This document shows, piece after piece, positions 1 through 12,380 of a stretch of 64,000 nt of DNA. The notes under the pieces were generated by a model. It did no database searches, was not told the DNA's origin, and was given only the letters and a program-made list of their open reading frames with translations. The first letter of the stretch is position 1. Each line of letters opens with the position of its first letter. Both the position numbers and the translations under genes were made by a program. This stretch comes from Mobula birostris. Its lineage: Eukaryota. The stretch spans positions 13,723,884-13,787,883 of the forward strand of contig NC_092371.1 of assembly GCF_030028105.1 (NCBI RefSeq), given 5' to 3'.

Positions 1-105
1 TACCCTCCACAGATGTTACCTGAGCTGCTGAGTGTTTTGTGTGTGTTGAAAGGATTACTCAAGGGGGAGTGAATGTACTAATCCTTCTTCATGTCTCTCC
101 ACCAG

Positions 106-195
106 GTGTATCAGTTTGAAATCCCTTGCAGCCAGGATGAAGACCCAAAGAAGAAGAGGAAGAAATTCAGTGAGCCCAAGGAACGGTTTCGTTAG
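106..195 (+). CDS. HORMAD1: HORMA domain-containing protein 1, last coding exon (VYQFEIPCSQDEDPKKKRKKFSEPKERFR*)
   Basis: Polypyrimidine tract + CCAG acceptor at 105, TAG at 193-195. Peptide matches the recalled mammalian HORMAD1 C-terminus (SQESVPKRRKFSEPKEHI). Confidence 0.8.
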   Translation: MYQFEIPCSQDEDPKKKRKKFSEPKERFR

Positions 196-1489
196 CTGAC
201 ACATTCACGTCCACCAGCTCTCTGGTTTTACATGTCTCCTCGGCATCCACGTTCCTTTTCAGTCGCAGAAACCAGTTGTCAGGAGTTTACTTCCTTAATG
301 CTGGTGTGTTGTTTGGGGAGGAGAGAAGGCAGAGTAACGGCCTTACAGAAATTTCCCCCTTATTCTTGTTATGCATCGTTCTCTCGTTCTGCCAATCCCT
401 TGTCAAGGCAGATGGCTTAGGGACACGCTGAAACTATTTTGCCCTTGCATCCTTTTCATAGGTGGCAAATTAGTTCCATCTCCCCCCTCAAATATACAAA
501 CTGTCCCTTCATGAGTAGAGGATCCCAAAGATTTGCAAAAAATACTTTCCTCATCTTAGCCCCAAACAGGCAACGTACATCACTGCCACCCAATTCTAAA
601 AGAGCCTGTTAGCACCTACCCTGTCACATTCTCCCTGGGGCTGCCTTCAAAATTCCAATGGCCCCTTCAAAGACAGCTCTCCCACCTGAAGAACTCTTTG
701 TATGAACCTTTGCTGTCTGTCCCATCCTCCAATCGTTTTGCTAATGTCCACAGGAACCACCCAGTTTCTATGAACATTTACAAGAGTGTCATTAGAAGCA
801 GTGAAATATTCATACCCCATGGTTGAGGGAATCACTGCTGCATTGGAAATCAAAACTGCGGCAGGCAAATGAAATCTAAAATATACAGAAAAATACTTAG
901 TATGTCAGCCCACATATGCAGGAAGAGAAGCCCTTCATCTTCAACCCTGAAATATTCACTCTGCTTCCCTTGCCAGGTCCTGCCTGACCCGCTGAGCATC
1001 CCCTCCATATTTTACTATCAAGACAGTACAATGTCCTCAGAGTCACTGGTGAGACAGAGATCTCTCATGTTGATCTTAGCAGTGGCACAGATCTGTTGCA
1101 ATGTACTGACGTTTTTAAAAACAATTAGGCTCTAAGTGAATCACAACAAGACGATGGAACAAGAAAGTGCACAGGATGAACTTGATATTTACTGGGGTGA
1201 CATGTGAACTGTTTCTGTTTCTTAAAGAGGAAAAACTAGTTCTTCACATTCTCAGTTGAGGGGAGGGGGTGGAATCCAGCTGTCCAGCTAAATGGCTGCA
1301 GCATTCAAAGTAAATTGTACAAGTGCCTGAGGAGTAGTGATGCACAAAATATTGGCCTACATTGTCTGGTGATAAAACTGTTCTATTCACAATGTATTAT
1401 CTGGATTACATGTTTACTAAAAGTCACTGATCCTGTTAATGTTGGCCTTTATCCTCTGATAAAAGGGAAAAGATTCCAGTTATTTTTAT

Positions 1490-1760
1490 TTATTTTTTAG
1501 AGATACAACACAGAATATTTCTTCTGGCCCAGCAACCCACCTATTTAACCCCAGGCTAATCATAGGACAATCTACAATGACCAATTAACTTACTAACTAG
1601 TACGTCATTGGACTGTGGGAGGAAATTGGAGCACCTGGATGAAACTCATGCCGTCATGGATGGACGTACAAACTTCTTACAGATGGTGTCAGAATTGAAC
1701 TCCAAACTCGGATGCCCCAAGCTGTAGTAGTGTTGCACTAACCACAAAGTTACCGTTACT
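1490..1760 (-). mobile_element. tRNA-derived chondrichthyan SINE (HE1/V-SINE-like)
   Basis: Reverse complement of the family core GGTTTCCTCC..TGCTCC..TTTCCTCCCACAGTCCAA seen many times in the window. Confidence 0.65.
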
Positions 1761-2480
1761 TAGAACATAGAACAGAATGGGCCCTTCAGCCCATGATGTT
1801 TGCCAACCCTTTAACCCACTCCAAATTAAATCTAATGCTTCCTACCCACATAACCCTCCATTTTCCTTTCATCCATGTGCCTATCTAAAAGTCTCTTGAA
1901 TGTCCCTAATGTATCTGCTTCTACCACCAACCTTGGCATCATGTTCCATATGTCCACCACTGTGTAAAAAAAAAACACCTACCTGACATCCCCCTATTCC
2001 TCCATTCACCTTAAAATTATGTCTCTTCCTATTAGTCATTTGCTGCCCTGAGAAAAAGATGCTGGTTCTCTACTCTATGCCTTCTACACCTTTATCAAGT
2101 CTCTCATCCTTTGTACCAGAGAGAAAAGCCCAAGCTTGCTCAATCTTTTCTCATAAGACATGCTCTCTAATCCAAGCAGCATTCTGGTAAATCTCCTCTG
2201 CACCCTCTATAAAGCTTCCACATCCCTCCTATAATGACACCAGAACTAAACACAATACTCCGTGTGGTCTAACCAGTGTTTTATAGATCTCCAACATTGC
2301 CTCATGACTCTTAAACTCAGTCCCTCAACTAACAAAAGGCCAACACACATACACCTTCTTAACCATCTCATCAACTTGCACTGCAACATTGAGGAATCTA
2401 TGGATGTGCACCCCAAGATCGCTCTGTTTCTCCACACTCTTAAGAATCTTGATATTAATCTTGTACTCTGCCTTCAAGTT
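1760..2480 (-). mobile_element. CR1 LINE 3' fragment
   Basis: Similar to other CR1 3' ends in the window (e.g. 16255-16955). Confidence 0.7.
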
Positions 2481-2879
2481 GAAAGTTACTTGGTAAAATT
2501 ACAGGCCAGATACCTCCACTGATGACTGTGACCCTCTTCATGCTCCTCATATGTGTCTCCTTTCATTTCCTTCCCCTTCACCTAATTATCCAACTTCTTA
2601 AATCCTTACCTAATGTTCTTCCTGTAGAGGGACTCGGAGCAAAGTTCTGCAGATGCTAGAAATCTGGAATTTTAAAAAGCTTGCTGGAAACACTCAACTG
2701 GTTAGGCAGCTTTTTGGAGAGAAACAGTCATAGTTCTGGACAAAGATCATCGAACTTAAACACTAGTTGTTCTCCACCCTCTGTAGAACAGTGTTCCACA
2801 TCCTCCGCACACATTCAGTGTAAAGAAGTTTCTACTACTTCGTTGTCATAAGTTCAAGTTGCTTGTCATGGGCATGGAG

Positions 2880-3520
2880 TATAAATGCATGATGCTGGAA
2901 ATCTAGAGCAACACATACAAAATACTGAAGGAAATCAGATCTAGCAACATCTATGGGAATGAATGAACAGTGGATATTACAGGCTGATGACCTTCATTAG
3001 GACTGGAAAGGAAGGGGGAAGTTGAAGCTAGGGGGGTGAAGTAAGAAGCTGGGAGCAGATAGGTAGAACAGGCAAAAGGCTGGAGAAGGAGGAATCTGAT
3101 AAAGGAGAGTGGACCATGTGAAGAAAGAGGAACCAGGGGAGGTGATAGGCAGGTGTGCAGAAGAGGCTAGAGTAGGGAATTGAAAAGGGAGGGGGAATTA
3201 TTTACTGGAGGTTGGAAAAGTAAATGTTCATGCCTTCAGATTGGAGGCTACCTGAAGGAATATGAGGTTTTGCCCCTCCAACCTGAGAGTGGCCTCTTCA
3301 TTGCAGAACAGGAGGCCATGACATGTCCAAATGGGAAAGGGGACAGGAATTAAGATGGTTGACCACTGGAAAATTCTGCCTCTGGTGGAGGTGCTCAACA
3401 AAGTGATCCTCCAATTTACATTGGTTCCACTTGTTTACTTGCCAGCACAGCAGATGACAAAAGCCAGCATAGAAGGGTGGGGGAATCAGATGGAGTCCAA
3501 ACTGAACACATGGCTGTGGT
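2880..3520 (-). mobile_element. Degenerate Penelope 3' fragment
   Basis: Similar to the GIY-YIG 3' end and terminus of the 7.1-8.7 kb element. Confidence 0.65.
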
Positions 3521-3769
3521 ATCGAGTCTCAGTGAGCACAGTATAGCTTCAGAGATCATGGAGGGGGAGCAGTGAGAGAGGGTCTCACTGAACTCCCATT
3601 GAAGAAATTTAAAATTCTTCAGGGTATGCATACTTGAAGAGACTGCAATGAAACATCAAATCATAAATTAGATTCTGCAGATGCTGGAAATCTGGAGCAA
3701 CATGCAAAATGCTGGAGGAATTCAGTCTTGACCAAAAATTGATTAGAGAACTTAAGGTAAAAGTATGGT

Positions 3770-5060
3770 GGAAATTCCAGGTGTCAGGGGTCATGAAGTG
3801 TGTGAAGTTACCGTAACTAGAGAGAAGGTTCTTGGGAAACTGAAAGCTCTAAAGGTAGATAAGTCACCTGGACCAGATGGTGTACACACCGGAGTTCTGA
3901 AAGAGATGGCATAAGAGATTGTGGAGACATTAGTAGTGATCTTTCAAGAATTACTAGATTCTGGAATGGTTCCAGAAGACAGGAAAATTACAAATGTCAC
4001 TCCACTTTTCAAGAAGAGAGAGAGAGGCAGAAGAAAGGAAACTATAGGCCAGATAGTCTGACCTCAGTGGTTGGGAAGACATTGGAGTCGATTACTGAGG
4101 ATGAGATCTCAGGGTACTTGGAGGCACATAATAAAATAGGTGGTAGTCACCATTGTTTCCTCAAGGGAAAATCTTGCCTGACGAATCTATTGGAATTCTT
4201 TGAAGAAAAATACAAGCAGGTGGACAGGCAGGTAGTTTTGAGGAAGTAAGAGAGGCTACAGGAAGACTTAGATTAGGAGAAAGGGTGAAGAAATGGCAGA
4301 TGGAACACAGGGTTGGGAAGTATATGGTCATGCACTTTGGTAGAAGAAATGAAAGGGTTGACACTTATCTAAATGGGAGAAAATACAAAAAACTGAGGCG
4401 CAAAGGAACTTGAAAGACTTTGTGCAGGATTTCCTAAAGGTTAATTTGCACGTTGAGTCTGGTGATGAAGGCAAAGGCAAGGTTGGCACTTATTTTAAGA
4501 GGACTAGAATGTAAAAGCAAGGATGTAATGTTGAGACTTTATAAATCATTAGCAAGGTCTCACTTGGGTATTGTGAGCAGGTTTGGGCCCCTTAGAATTC
4601 ATGTGCTGAAACTAGAGAGGGTTCAAATGAGGTTCACGAAAATGATTCCATTATTGAACGCCTTGTCATATGAAGAGCGTTTGATGGCTCTGGGCCTGTA
4701 TTCACTATTCAGAAGAATGAGGGGTGACCTGATTGGAAGGCCTTGATCTCCTGGATGTAGAAAGAAGGTTTCCTGTAGTGAGAGAGTCTTAATACCAGAG
4801 GACAGCCTCAGAATAGAGGGGCGAAAGGAGATAAGGAGGAATTTCTTTAACCAGAGTGGCGAATCTGTGGAATTCTTTGTCACAGGCAGCTGTGGAAGCC
4901 AATACTTTATGTATATTTAAGACAGAGGTTGATGGGGATAGAGAGGGCATTAAGGGATATGGCAGGAGTTTGGGGCTGAGTGGAATTTTGGATCAGCCAT
5001 GATTAAATGGTGGAGCAGATGGAATGGGCCAAAAGGTCTAATTTTGCTTCTACATTTGAT
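3770..5060 (+). mobile_element. CR1 LINE ORF2 (RT) fragments
   Basis: HCFLKGKSCLTNLLEFFEE, KSKDVMLRLYKSL, LERVQ motifs. Confidence 0.85.
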
Positions 5061-5384
5061 GACATGAAAAACGGCGACTGCTGTTCCCCTCCATAGATAC
5101 TGCTTCACCTGCTGAGTTCTCCAGTAGTTTGTGGATGTTGTTCCTGAGATGAGAAATTGTTCTTAAAGGGGCCATTCAGGAGGAGAGTTTCTGGGGATAT
5201 GCTCCGCAATGAAGTCACAATTTGGTAGGGAAATCCCACTTCAGAAGCTCGAGAACAGTATACCCAAACTTGACACTCTGTCCAGTGCAGAGGGACTTTG
5301 GCAGCGGTACTCACGGAGTGCCGGGCTATTGAAAACGACTGTACTGAGAGAATGCTGCACTGTAAATGTATTGGTGTTAAATGT

Positions 5385-6295
5385 ACCTGCATTTAACACC
5401 AATACCATCGTCAGATTTGCAGACGACACAACAGTGATCGGGTTGATTTCCAGCAGAGGTCAGCGTACAGAGAACAACCTGTCTCTTAATACAGCAAAGA
5501 CTATGGAGCTAATAATCAATTTTGGAAAGTCATGGGATGACGAGTACGCTCCAGTCTATATTAACGGAGACATAGTGGAGAGAGTGTCCAGTTTCAGGTT
5601 TCTGAGAATACATATCTCAGAAGACCTTACATGGTCCACTAACACCACTATAATAGTTAAGTAAGCACAGAAACACTTGTTTTTCCCCAGGGCACTGAAG
5701 AAACCTGAACAGATGCTGGTGACCTTTTACCGCTGCACCATAGAGAGCATCTTAACATACTGCATCTCTGTGTGGTATCTCAGTTGTACAGCAGCTGATA
5801 GGAAAGCAGTTCAGCGGGTTGTCTCTAGCGCACAGAAGATCATCGGGACACAGCTCCCAGCCCTGGACACAGCTCCCAGCCCTACAGCTCTCGCTGCCTA
5901 AGGAAAGCTACAAGCATCTGTAAGGACAATACACACCCATGCAATCATCTGTTTGAACTTCTTCCATCTGGCATACGTTATAAGGTTTTCTATGCCCGCA
6001 CCTCCAGACTGAAAAATAGCTTTTTCCCCAGAGCTATAATTGCTCTGAACCAATCGATAAAGCATCATCCGTAAATTTGTTATATTGCTACTTTAACACT
6101 GGTTTTCTGGCTGTCATGCATCTGAGTCGCGCTTTTGTACTGCTGGACATTGCTTGTACTGGCTGGTTACTTGATTTTATTTATTGTTTATTTATTTTAT
6201 TTGTTGTTTTATAGCATTGAGTATGAGAGTTGCAAACTCATTTTCGCTGTATTGGTGCATGACAAATTGTACTGTGCAAAGACAATAAAGATATT
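5385..6295 (+). mobile_element. Rex1/Babar-type LINE 3' half
   Basis: RFADDTTVIGLI, LSLNTAKTMELIINF, FYRCTIESIL motifs. Confidence 0.8.
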
Positions 6296-7099
6296 TCAAT
6301 GTCGGAGAGACGGAGCTGGAGGAGTAGAGCAGCGTCAGGGAAGGCAGTGTTGAGCGAGCTCTATGCAGATGGAGATGCCGAGGAAACGCTTGTGGAGGGC
6401 AGATACTGGAAGTGTACGGCATCGCAAGAGGAGGCACCGAGAGAGCGCTACACCGTTGGAAGGTCAACACTGGGGGAGCGCTACACTGCAGGACGGGATG
6501 CTGAGTAAGCGCTACAGAGTTGGCGGCAGTGAGGAGGGGCAGTATGAGGAAGCGCTACACCGTTGGTGAATCCTGGGGCCCAGGGTACAAAAACAGGGAA
6601 GTTCTGTTGAACCTGTATATAACATCAGTTGAACCAGTTAGACTGTCTGATCCCGGGAGCGTGTGATGGGACCGAATGGAGAGAGCTTCAGTCCGTGTCT
6701 GAACCCGGGAAAGTGACGGTGTGGAGGGGGCTGACCCTTTTTTTTCCCGTAATCCGTCAGCAGCTCTACCAACTGTTTTCCGACTCCCCGCCACTTCGCC
6801 AACAGTGGCAGGGTGATCTATGGTCCAAATCGTCAGGCATTTGAATCAGTGTACTGAAGCTGCAGAACTGTCATTGCGTCTATGTCCCGGTCGTCATACC
6901 ACAGGATCGAGTCCCCAGCGGCCAGACCGGAAAGTCCGACCTTAGGAGTCCCACACCTTGGTTGACCCACTGACATAGAAAACGGATGTCCCTAGGTAGG
7001 TCGGCGCCCGAGCTGTTAAATATGGACAGTAAAAGACGGAGAAGCAAGCTGTTGCGCATGCAACCGTTCTCCATGCAAAGTAACGGCAAAGACCTAAAT

Positions 7100-8720
7100 T
7101 CCCTGGCCCCCATCGTTTTATTTTCACCATGGATGTTCAGTCCTTATATACCTCCATCCCCCACCAAGAAGGTCTCAAAGCTCTCGACTCCTTTTTCAGT
7201 TTCAGATCCTCTATCACCACTCTCTTCCGTCGAGCGGAATTAGTCCTTACTCTTAACAGTTTCTCCTTTGGCTCCTCCCACTTCCTCCAAACTAAAGGTG
7301 TAGCCATGGGCACCCGTATGGGTCCCAGCTATGCCTGCCTTTTTGTTGGCTTTGTGGAACAATCCATGTTTCAAGCCTATACTGGTAGCTGTCCCCCACT
7401 TTTTCTTCATTACATCGACGGCTGCATTGGCGCTGCTTCCTGCACGCATGCTGAGCTCGTTGACTTCAAAAACCTTGCCTCCAACTTTCACCTTGCCCTC
7501 AAGTTTACCTGGTCCATTTCCGACACCTCCCTCCCCTTTTTTGATCTTTCTGTCTCTGTCTCTGGAGACAGCTTATCTACAGATGTCTACTATAAGCCTA
7601 CAGACTCTCACAGCTACCTGGACTATTCCACTTCCCACCCTGTCTCTTGCAAAAATGCCATCCCCTTCTCGCAATTCCTCCGTCTCCGCCGCATCTCCTC
7701 TCAGGATGAGGCTTTTCATTCCAGGACGAAGGAGATGTCTTCCTTTTTTAAGGAAAGGGGCTTCCCTTCCTCCACCATCAACTCTGTTCTCAAACGCATC
7801 TCTTCCATTTCACGCGCATCTGCTCTCACCCCATCCTCCCACCACCCCACTACGAATAGGGTTCCCCTTGTCCTAACCTACCACCCCACCAGCCTCCGGG
7901 TCCAACATATAACTCTCCGTAACTTCCGCCACCTCCAACGGGATCCCATCACCAAGGACATCTTTCCCTCCCCCCCCCCAGCTTTCCGCAGGGATCGCTC
8001 CCTACGCGACTCCCTCGTCCATTCGTCCCCCCCCATCCCTTCCCACCAATCTCCCTCCTGGCACTTTTCCTTGTAAGCGGAACAAGTGCTACACATGCCC
8101 TTACACTTCTTCCCTCACCACCATTCAGGGCCCCAGACAGTCCTTCCAGGTGAGGCGACACTTCACCTGTGAGTCGGCTGGGGTGATATACTGCGTCCGG
8201 TGCTCCCGATGTGGCCTTCTATATATTGGCGAGAACCGACGCAGGCTGGGAGACTATTTCGCTGAACACCTATGCTCTGTCCGCCAGAGAAAGCAGGATC
8301 TCCCAGTGGCCACACATTGTAATTCCACGTCCCATTCCCATTCTGAAATGTCCATCCACGGCCTCCTCTACTGTAAAGAGGAAGCCACACTCAGGTTGGA
8401 GGAACAACACCTTATATTCCGTCTGGGTAGCCTCCAACCTGATGGCACGAATATTGACTTCTCAAACTTCAGTTAATGCCCCACCTCCCCCTCGTACCCC
8501 ATCCGTTATTTATTTATTTTTTATTCCCCCCCCCCCACCTTTTCTCTCTCTTTTTTCTCCCTCTGTCCCCCTCACGATAACTCCTTGCCTGCTCTCCACC
8601 CTCCGGGCTCCCCTCCCCCCTTCTCTTTCTCCCCAGGCTTCCCGTCCCATGAGATCCACCCCTCCTCTCCTGTCTTCTCCTACCATTTCGGATCTCGCAT
8701 CTGCAGGTTTCCTCGTGTCA
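7100..8720 (+). mobile_element. Penelope-like element, 5'-truncated (RT 7129-8076; GIY-YIG 8150-8476), inactive
   Basis: MDVQSLYTSIP, QTKGVAMGTRMGPSYA, YIDG (for YIDD), VIYCVRCSRCGLLYIGE; frameshift in the poly-C tract. Confidence 0.9.
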
Positions 8721-8729
8721 CAGTTTGAC

Positions 8730-9090
8730 ACCAGCGGTGTTGCAGGCGTTGCCAGTCAGTGTTGAACTCAACGCTGACTGCCTTAGGGACAGCAGCTCCG
8801 GAATTTTCCTCGGGGTTTACTCCCGAAGCTTTCCCAATGAGTGGGTATAGCCGCAAGTTTAGATGACCTGACAACCAAGGCTGTCGAGCCCTATCTGCCC
8901 GAAGCGACTGGTTTTAAGCCTTTGTCATCCCCACCCTGTTAGAAAAAAGGCCCCGCCGGGCTTAGTAGCCAAGCCACACGTGAACACCAGAAGCCAGACT
9001 CTGACTGTCAGTGGCTGTTTGAGACGCACACCATTGGAGCATTAAAGAGGTAGCTTATCCCCACTACCACCCCGACATGGCGAACTGCAG
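8730..9090. repeat. Unclassified interspersed repeat (second copy ~26830-27260)
   Basis: Shared blocks TGCCAGTCAGTGTTGAACT, TGCCTTAGGGAC, GAGTGGGTATAG, GGGCTT.GTAGC.AAG.CACA.GTGAA. Confidence 0.65.
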
Positions 9091-10581
9091 GAACCTGACG
9101 GATGCCGATATGCGATCTCCGTTGGTCGGGGTCTACCATGGATGTTGCCTCCTCTGCCTATGTAGCAAGAAAGAAGATGTGGTCAGCAGATGAAGGAGCA
9201 TGTTTGTGGGGAAATGGACAGTCCATTCTACCTACGCCGGGTCCGAAATATGGGACCAAGATGTAGGTGAAGTGGATCTGAGACCAACAGGGCGGCGTGT
9301 CGGTGGACTGGGCAGAGCGGCCGCGGCCGCGAACCCAGAGCCCTCAGGGCGAAGCGGGGACGGGCAGGTGTTTGAAGGCGAGGTCGAGCAATGTGATGCG
9401 GTAGCGGCTCCGCGGTCGTGGGCCACGGGAACGCGCAGGGGAGGAGGACAGTGGGTAGATAAAGTGTAGCGTACCTGGAAGGGGCCCGGCGTACTGCGGG
9501 ATAGGATGAATCGGGTCCGGCCGGATAATACTGAGCAGCAGCGGCCATTGGGTGTGGAATGAGCAAGGTGGATTGCGTAATTGGAAGTGGACGGGTCAAC
9601 GGACGGACCCGGTAGATTGAAACGACGAGGAGACGTGAATTGCGGTACCGGGTCTGAATGGGAGGGAACCGGAGCATCTGGGGGAAACTCACTCGGTCAG
9701 AATAAGTTTCTGCCCAATAGCTCTATCCAACTTCCAGCCCAGGTACAAGGGAAGTGTGTGTGTGGGAGGGGGGAGACAGAGCGAAAAACGGGAAAAGGGG
9801 ATGGGGGGACCGAGGGAATCGGCGGGAATCCAGTCGAACGGTAACGGGCCGAATTGGGCGTGGACTGGGAAGAGCGAGGCGAGACACATTCGACTGGAGC
9901 ACAGGGACGAGCCTGGGGCAACAGGGTGATCAGGAGCGGCGCTGGGCAACCTGGTGCGGACCCGGCAGGGAGACGACGGTAGGGACAGCGTAGGACAGGG
10001 CGGAAGGGAAATGCCTTCAAGCAACATTAAGCGGTCCTAGCGGATGATAAAGTGCAGCAGTAAACTTGGAAACTAACCCTTCCCTCTCCCATAACCCTCT
10101 ATTTTTCTGTCATCCATGTGTCTATCTAAAGGTCTCTCTCAAATCTCTCTAATGTATCTAAAATGCCTTTGGGTGAAGCAGCAGTCGGGCAGGTGATTGC
10201 GCGACCCAATATGGAGATGGCAGGGTGATGCGAAAACGAGGTGGCAACGTGGAACACCAGAGAAACAAGGCGAGTAGAAGCAGAAACAGCGAGAGTAAAG
10301 CGGGAGCAACCCGACCAGCGGACAGAATGAAGGGGCTGCGGACGCTGAGGCGGATCTTAAGGGAACACGGCAGGGCTGTCTGCGCGGTGCTAACCATTGC
10401 AAGGTGAAGCAGCGGGGACAGGTGACCGAAGCCGGATGGCGCAAGTGAAAGAATGCAGCAGAGAACTCAAGAGTGGAGCGGGAACGATCCGAGACGAGCT
10501 AAACGATGGAGGGCAATGAGAATCCGCAGAGAAGGAGAGCAATGGTCAGAAATGAGTCGGACCTGAAAGGAACACGGCTAC

Positions 10582-10690
10582 GCGGACCGTGTAGGGTGAA
10601 TAATGGCAGTGCGGACCGTGTAGAGTGAATGATGGATGTGCGGACCGTGTAGGGTGAATGATGTCAGTGCGGACCGTGTAGGGTGAATGA
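10582..10690. repeat. 29-bp tandem repeat, ~3.8 copies (GCGGACCGTGTAGGGTGAATGATGNCAGT)
   Basis: Units start at 10582, 10611, 10640, 10669. Confidence 0.9.
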
Positions 10691-11159
10691 GCGGCGGTGG
10701 AAAGGTGTGGAGGCGGATGATCCAGACATGGTGAAGTGGATAGATTTTAATATTGTTTAACAGCCAGTGTTATTGTCTACTTTTTAACGCGTCGTAAATG
10801 CACCTTCTTATTTATCAATTTACGAGGGTCTGCAGACCTCCCAGTTGCTGAAAGTTAATTTACTTTGTATTGTGTGTGAGTAATGCACCGTGTTGTGCAC
10901 CTTGTATCGAAAGAACGTTGTTTCGTTTGGTGGTATGGATGTATACAGGTGGGTAGCACTTGTGTTATGAGATCCCCGTTCCATTTCCACTGATACTGTG
11001 CGACCCGCTCAACGTTTGCTGCCACTGTCTCTTTTTAATCTCAAATTTCCAACACCTGAGGGGTGTTTTTATGGTACAGGGAGGACGGGTTGTGTTCCCT
11101 CCACCGAGGTGGGTGTAGATGGACGTGGAGGGGATATTGGAGTGATCCAGACGTGGGGT

Positions 11160-11412
11160 GTCACGGTAGCATAGCAGTTAACACGATGCTATTGCAGTTC
11201 GGGGTGGAGTTCGGAGTTCAATTCCAAAGCTGTCTGTAAAGAGCTTGCAGGTTCTTCCTGTCCATGCCTGGGTGGTCCACCTTCCTCCCATAGTCCAAAG
11301 GCGTACTGGTTAGTAGGTTAATTTGGTCATTGTAAATTAGGCTAGGGTTAAATCAGTGGTTTGCTGGAATGGCGCGCTTGAAGGGCCTGTTCCGCACTGA
11401 ATCTCAATAAAT
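11160..11412 (+). mobile_element. tRNA-derived SINE (HE1/V-SINE-like)
   Basis: A-box-like GGTAGCATAGCAG, B-box GAGTTCAATTCC, family core, AATAAA tail. Further copies ~18480, 19895, 37050, 45430, 46455, 49525, 49815, 57450. Confidence 0.7.
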
Positions 11413-11469
11413 AGATGGTGAAATGGTCCTGGATGTGTGTCCAGCAGCGACTCTCCTTTCAGGGAAATG

Positions 11470-12380
11470 TGCTTGCTTATAAAGCCTCAGCATTACATTC
11501 TTGCTTTTATATTCTAGTCCTGTGAAAATGAGTACTAACATTACATTTGCCTCCCTTACTAACTAACGTAACCTACAGGTTAACTTTAGGAATCCTAAAT
11601 GAGGACTTTGTACCTTGGATTTCAGAAGTTTTTCCCCATTTAGAAAATGGTGCATGACCATACACTTCCCTATGCTACTGTTACTTTCCCCATTCTCCCA
11701 ATTTATTCAAGTCTTCCTGCAGACTTCCTAGCTGCTGAAAACAGATAGCCCCTCTCCCATTTTTGTATTTTCTGCAAACTTAGCCACAAAGCCAACAACT
11801 TCATCATCCAGATCATTAACATACAATGCGAACACCCTACACCAGGGGTGGCCACCTTTTACATTCCATGCGTCAATTTTTTCCATGCATGAGTTCAGAT
11901 GCACCATGCAAGTCTTGTACCCCTACAATTCTTGTAATAAAAATATGTTAATATAGAACTTGTGCATGAAAAAATTGGCACATGGAATGTAAAAGGTTGG
12001 GCATACCTGCCCTACACCAACCCCTGCAGCACACCACTAGCCACCAGCAGCCACCCAGAACAGATCCTCTTTATTCCCAGTCTTCGTCTCCTGCCAATCC
12101 AGCCAGTCTTCTAACCATGCTAGTACCTTTCCTCTAATGCCATGGGCTCTTATTGTGTTAAGCAGCCTCATGTGTGGCAGCTTATTAAAGGCCTTCTGAA
12201 AATCCACGTAAACGACATCCACTGACTCTCCTTTGTCTATCCAGCCTGTTATTTCCCCAAATGATTCCAATAAATTTGTCAGGCAAAATTTCCCTTTAAG
12301 GAAACCATACTGACTTTGGCCTATTTTATCATGTGCCTCCAAGTACCATGAAACCTCATCCTTAATAATGGACTCTAGCT
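11470..12380 (-). mobile_element. CR1 LINE RT fragment
   Basis: ORF 12037-12342: QYGFLKGKFCLTNLLE, VDVVYVDFQKAF. Confidence 0.85.
11843..12009. mobile_element. hAT (Charlie/Buster-type) MITE, 167 bp
   Basis: 8-bp TSD CCCTACAC (11835-42, 12010-17), ~45-bp imperfect TIRs starting CAGG. Confidence 0.85.

Noticed and set aside
232-1500. Short ORFs downstream of the HORMAD1 stop
   Set aside because: No homology or splice support; probable 3' UTR or degenerate repeats. No clear AATAAA was seen to define the transcript end.
7129-8476. Active or domesticated reverse transcriptase gene
   Set aside because: 5'-truncated, catalytic YIDD changed to YIDG, frameshift before the GIY-YIG domain
10582-10690. 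CRISPR-like repeat/spacer appearance
   Set aside because: Eukaryotic locus; variable parts are only ~9 nt and mutually similar; no cas genes. It is a minisatellite.
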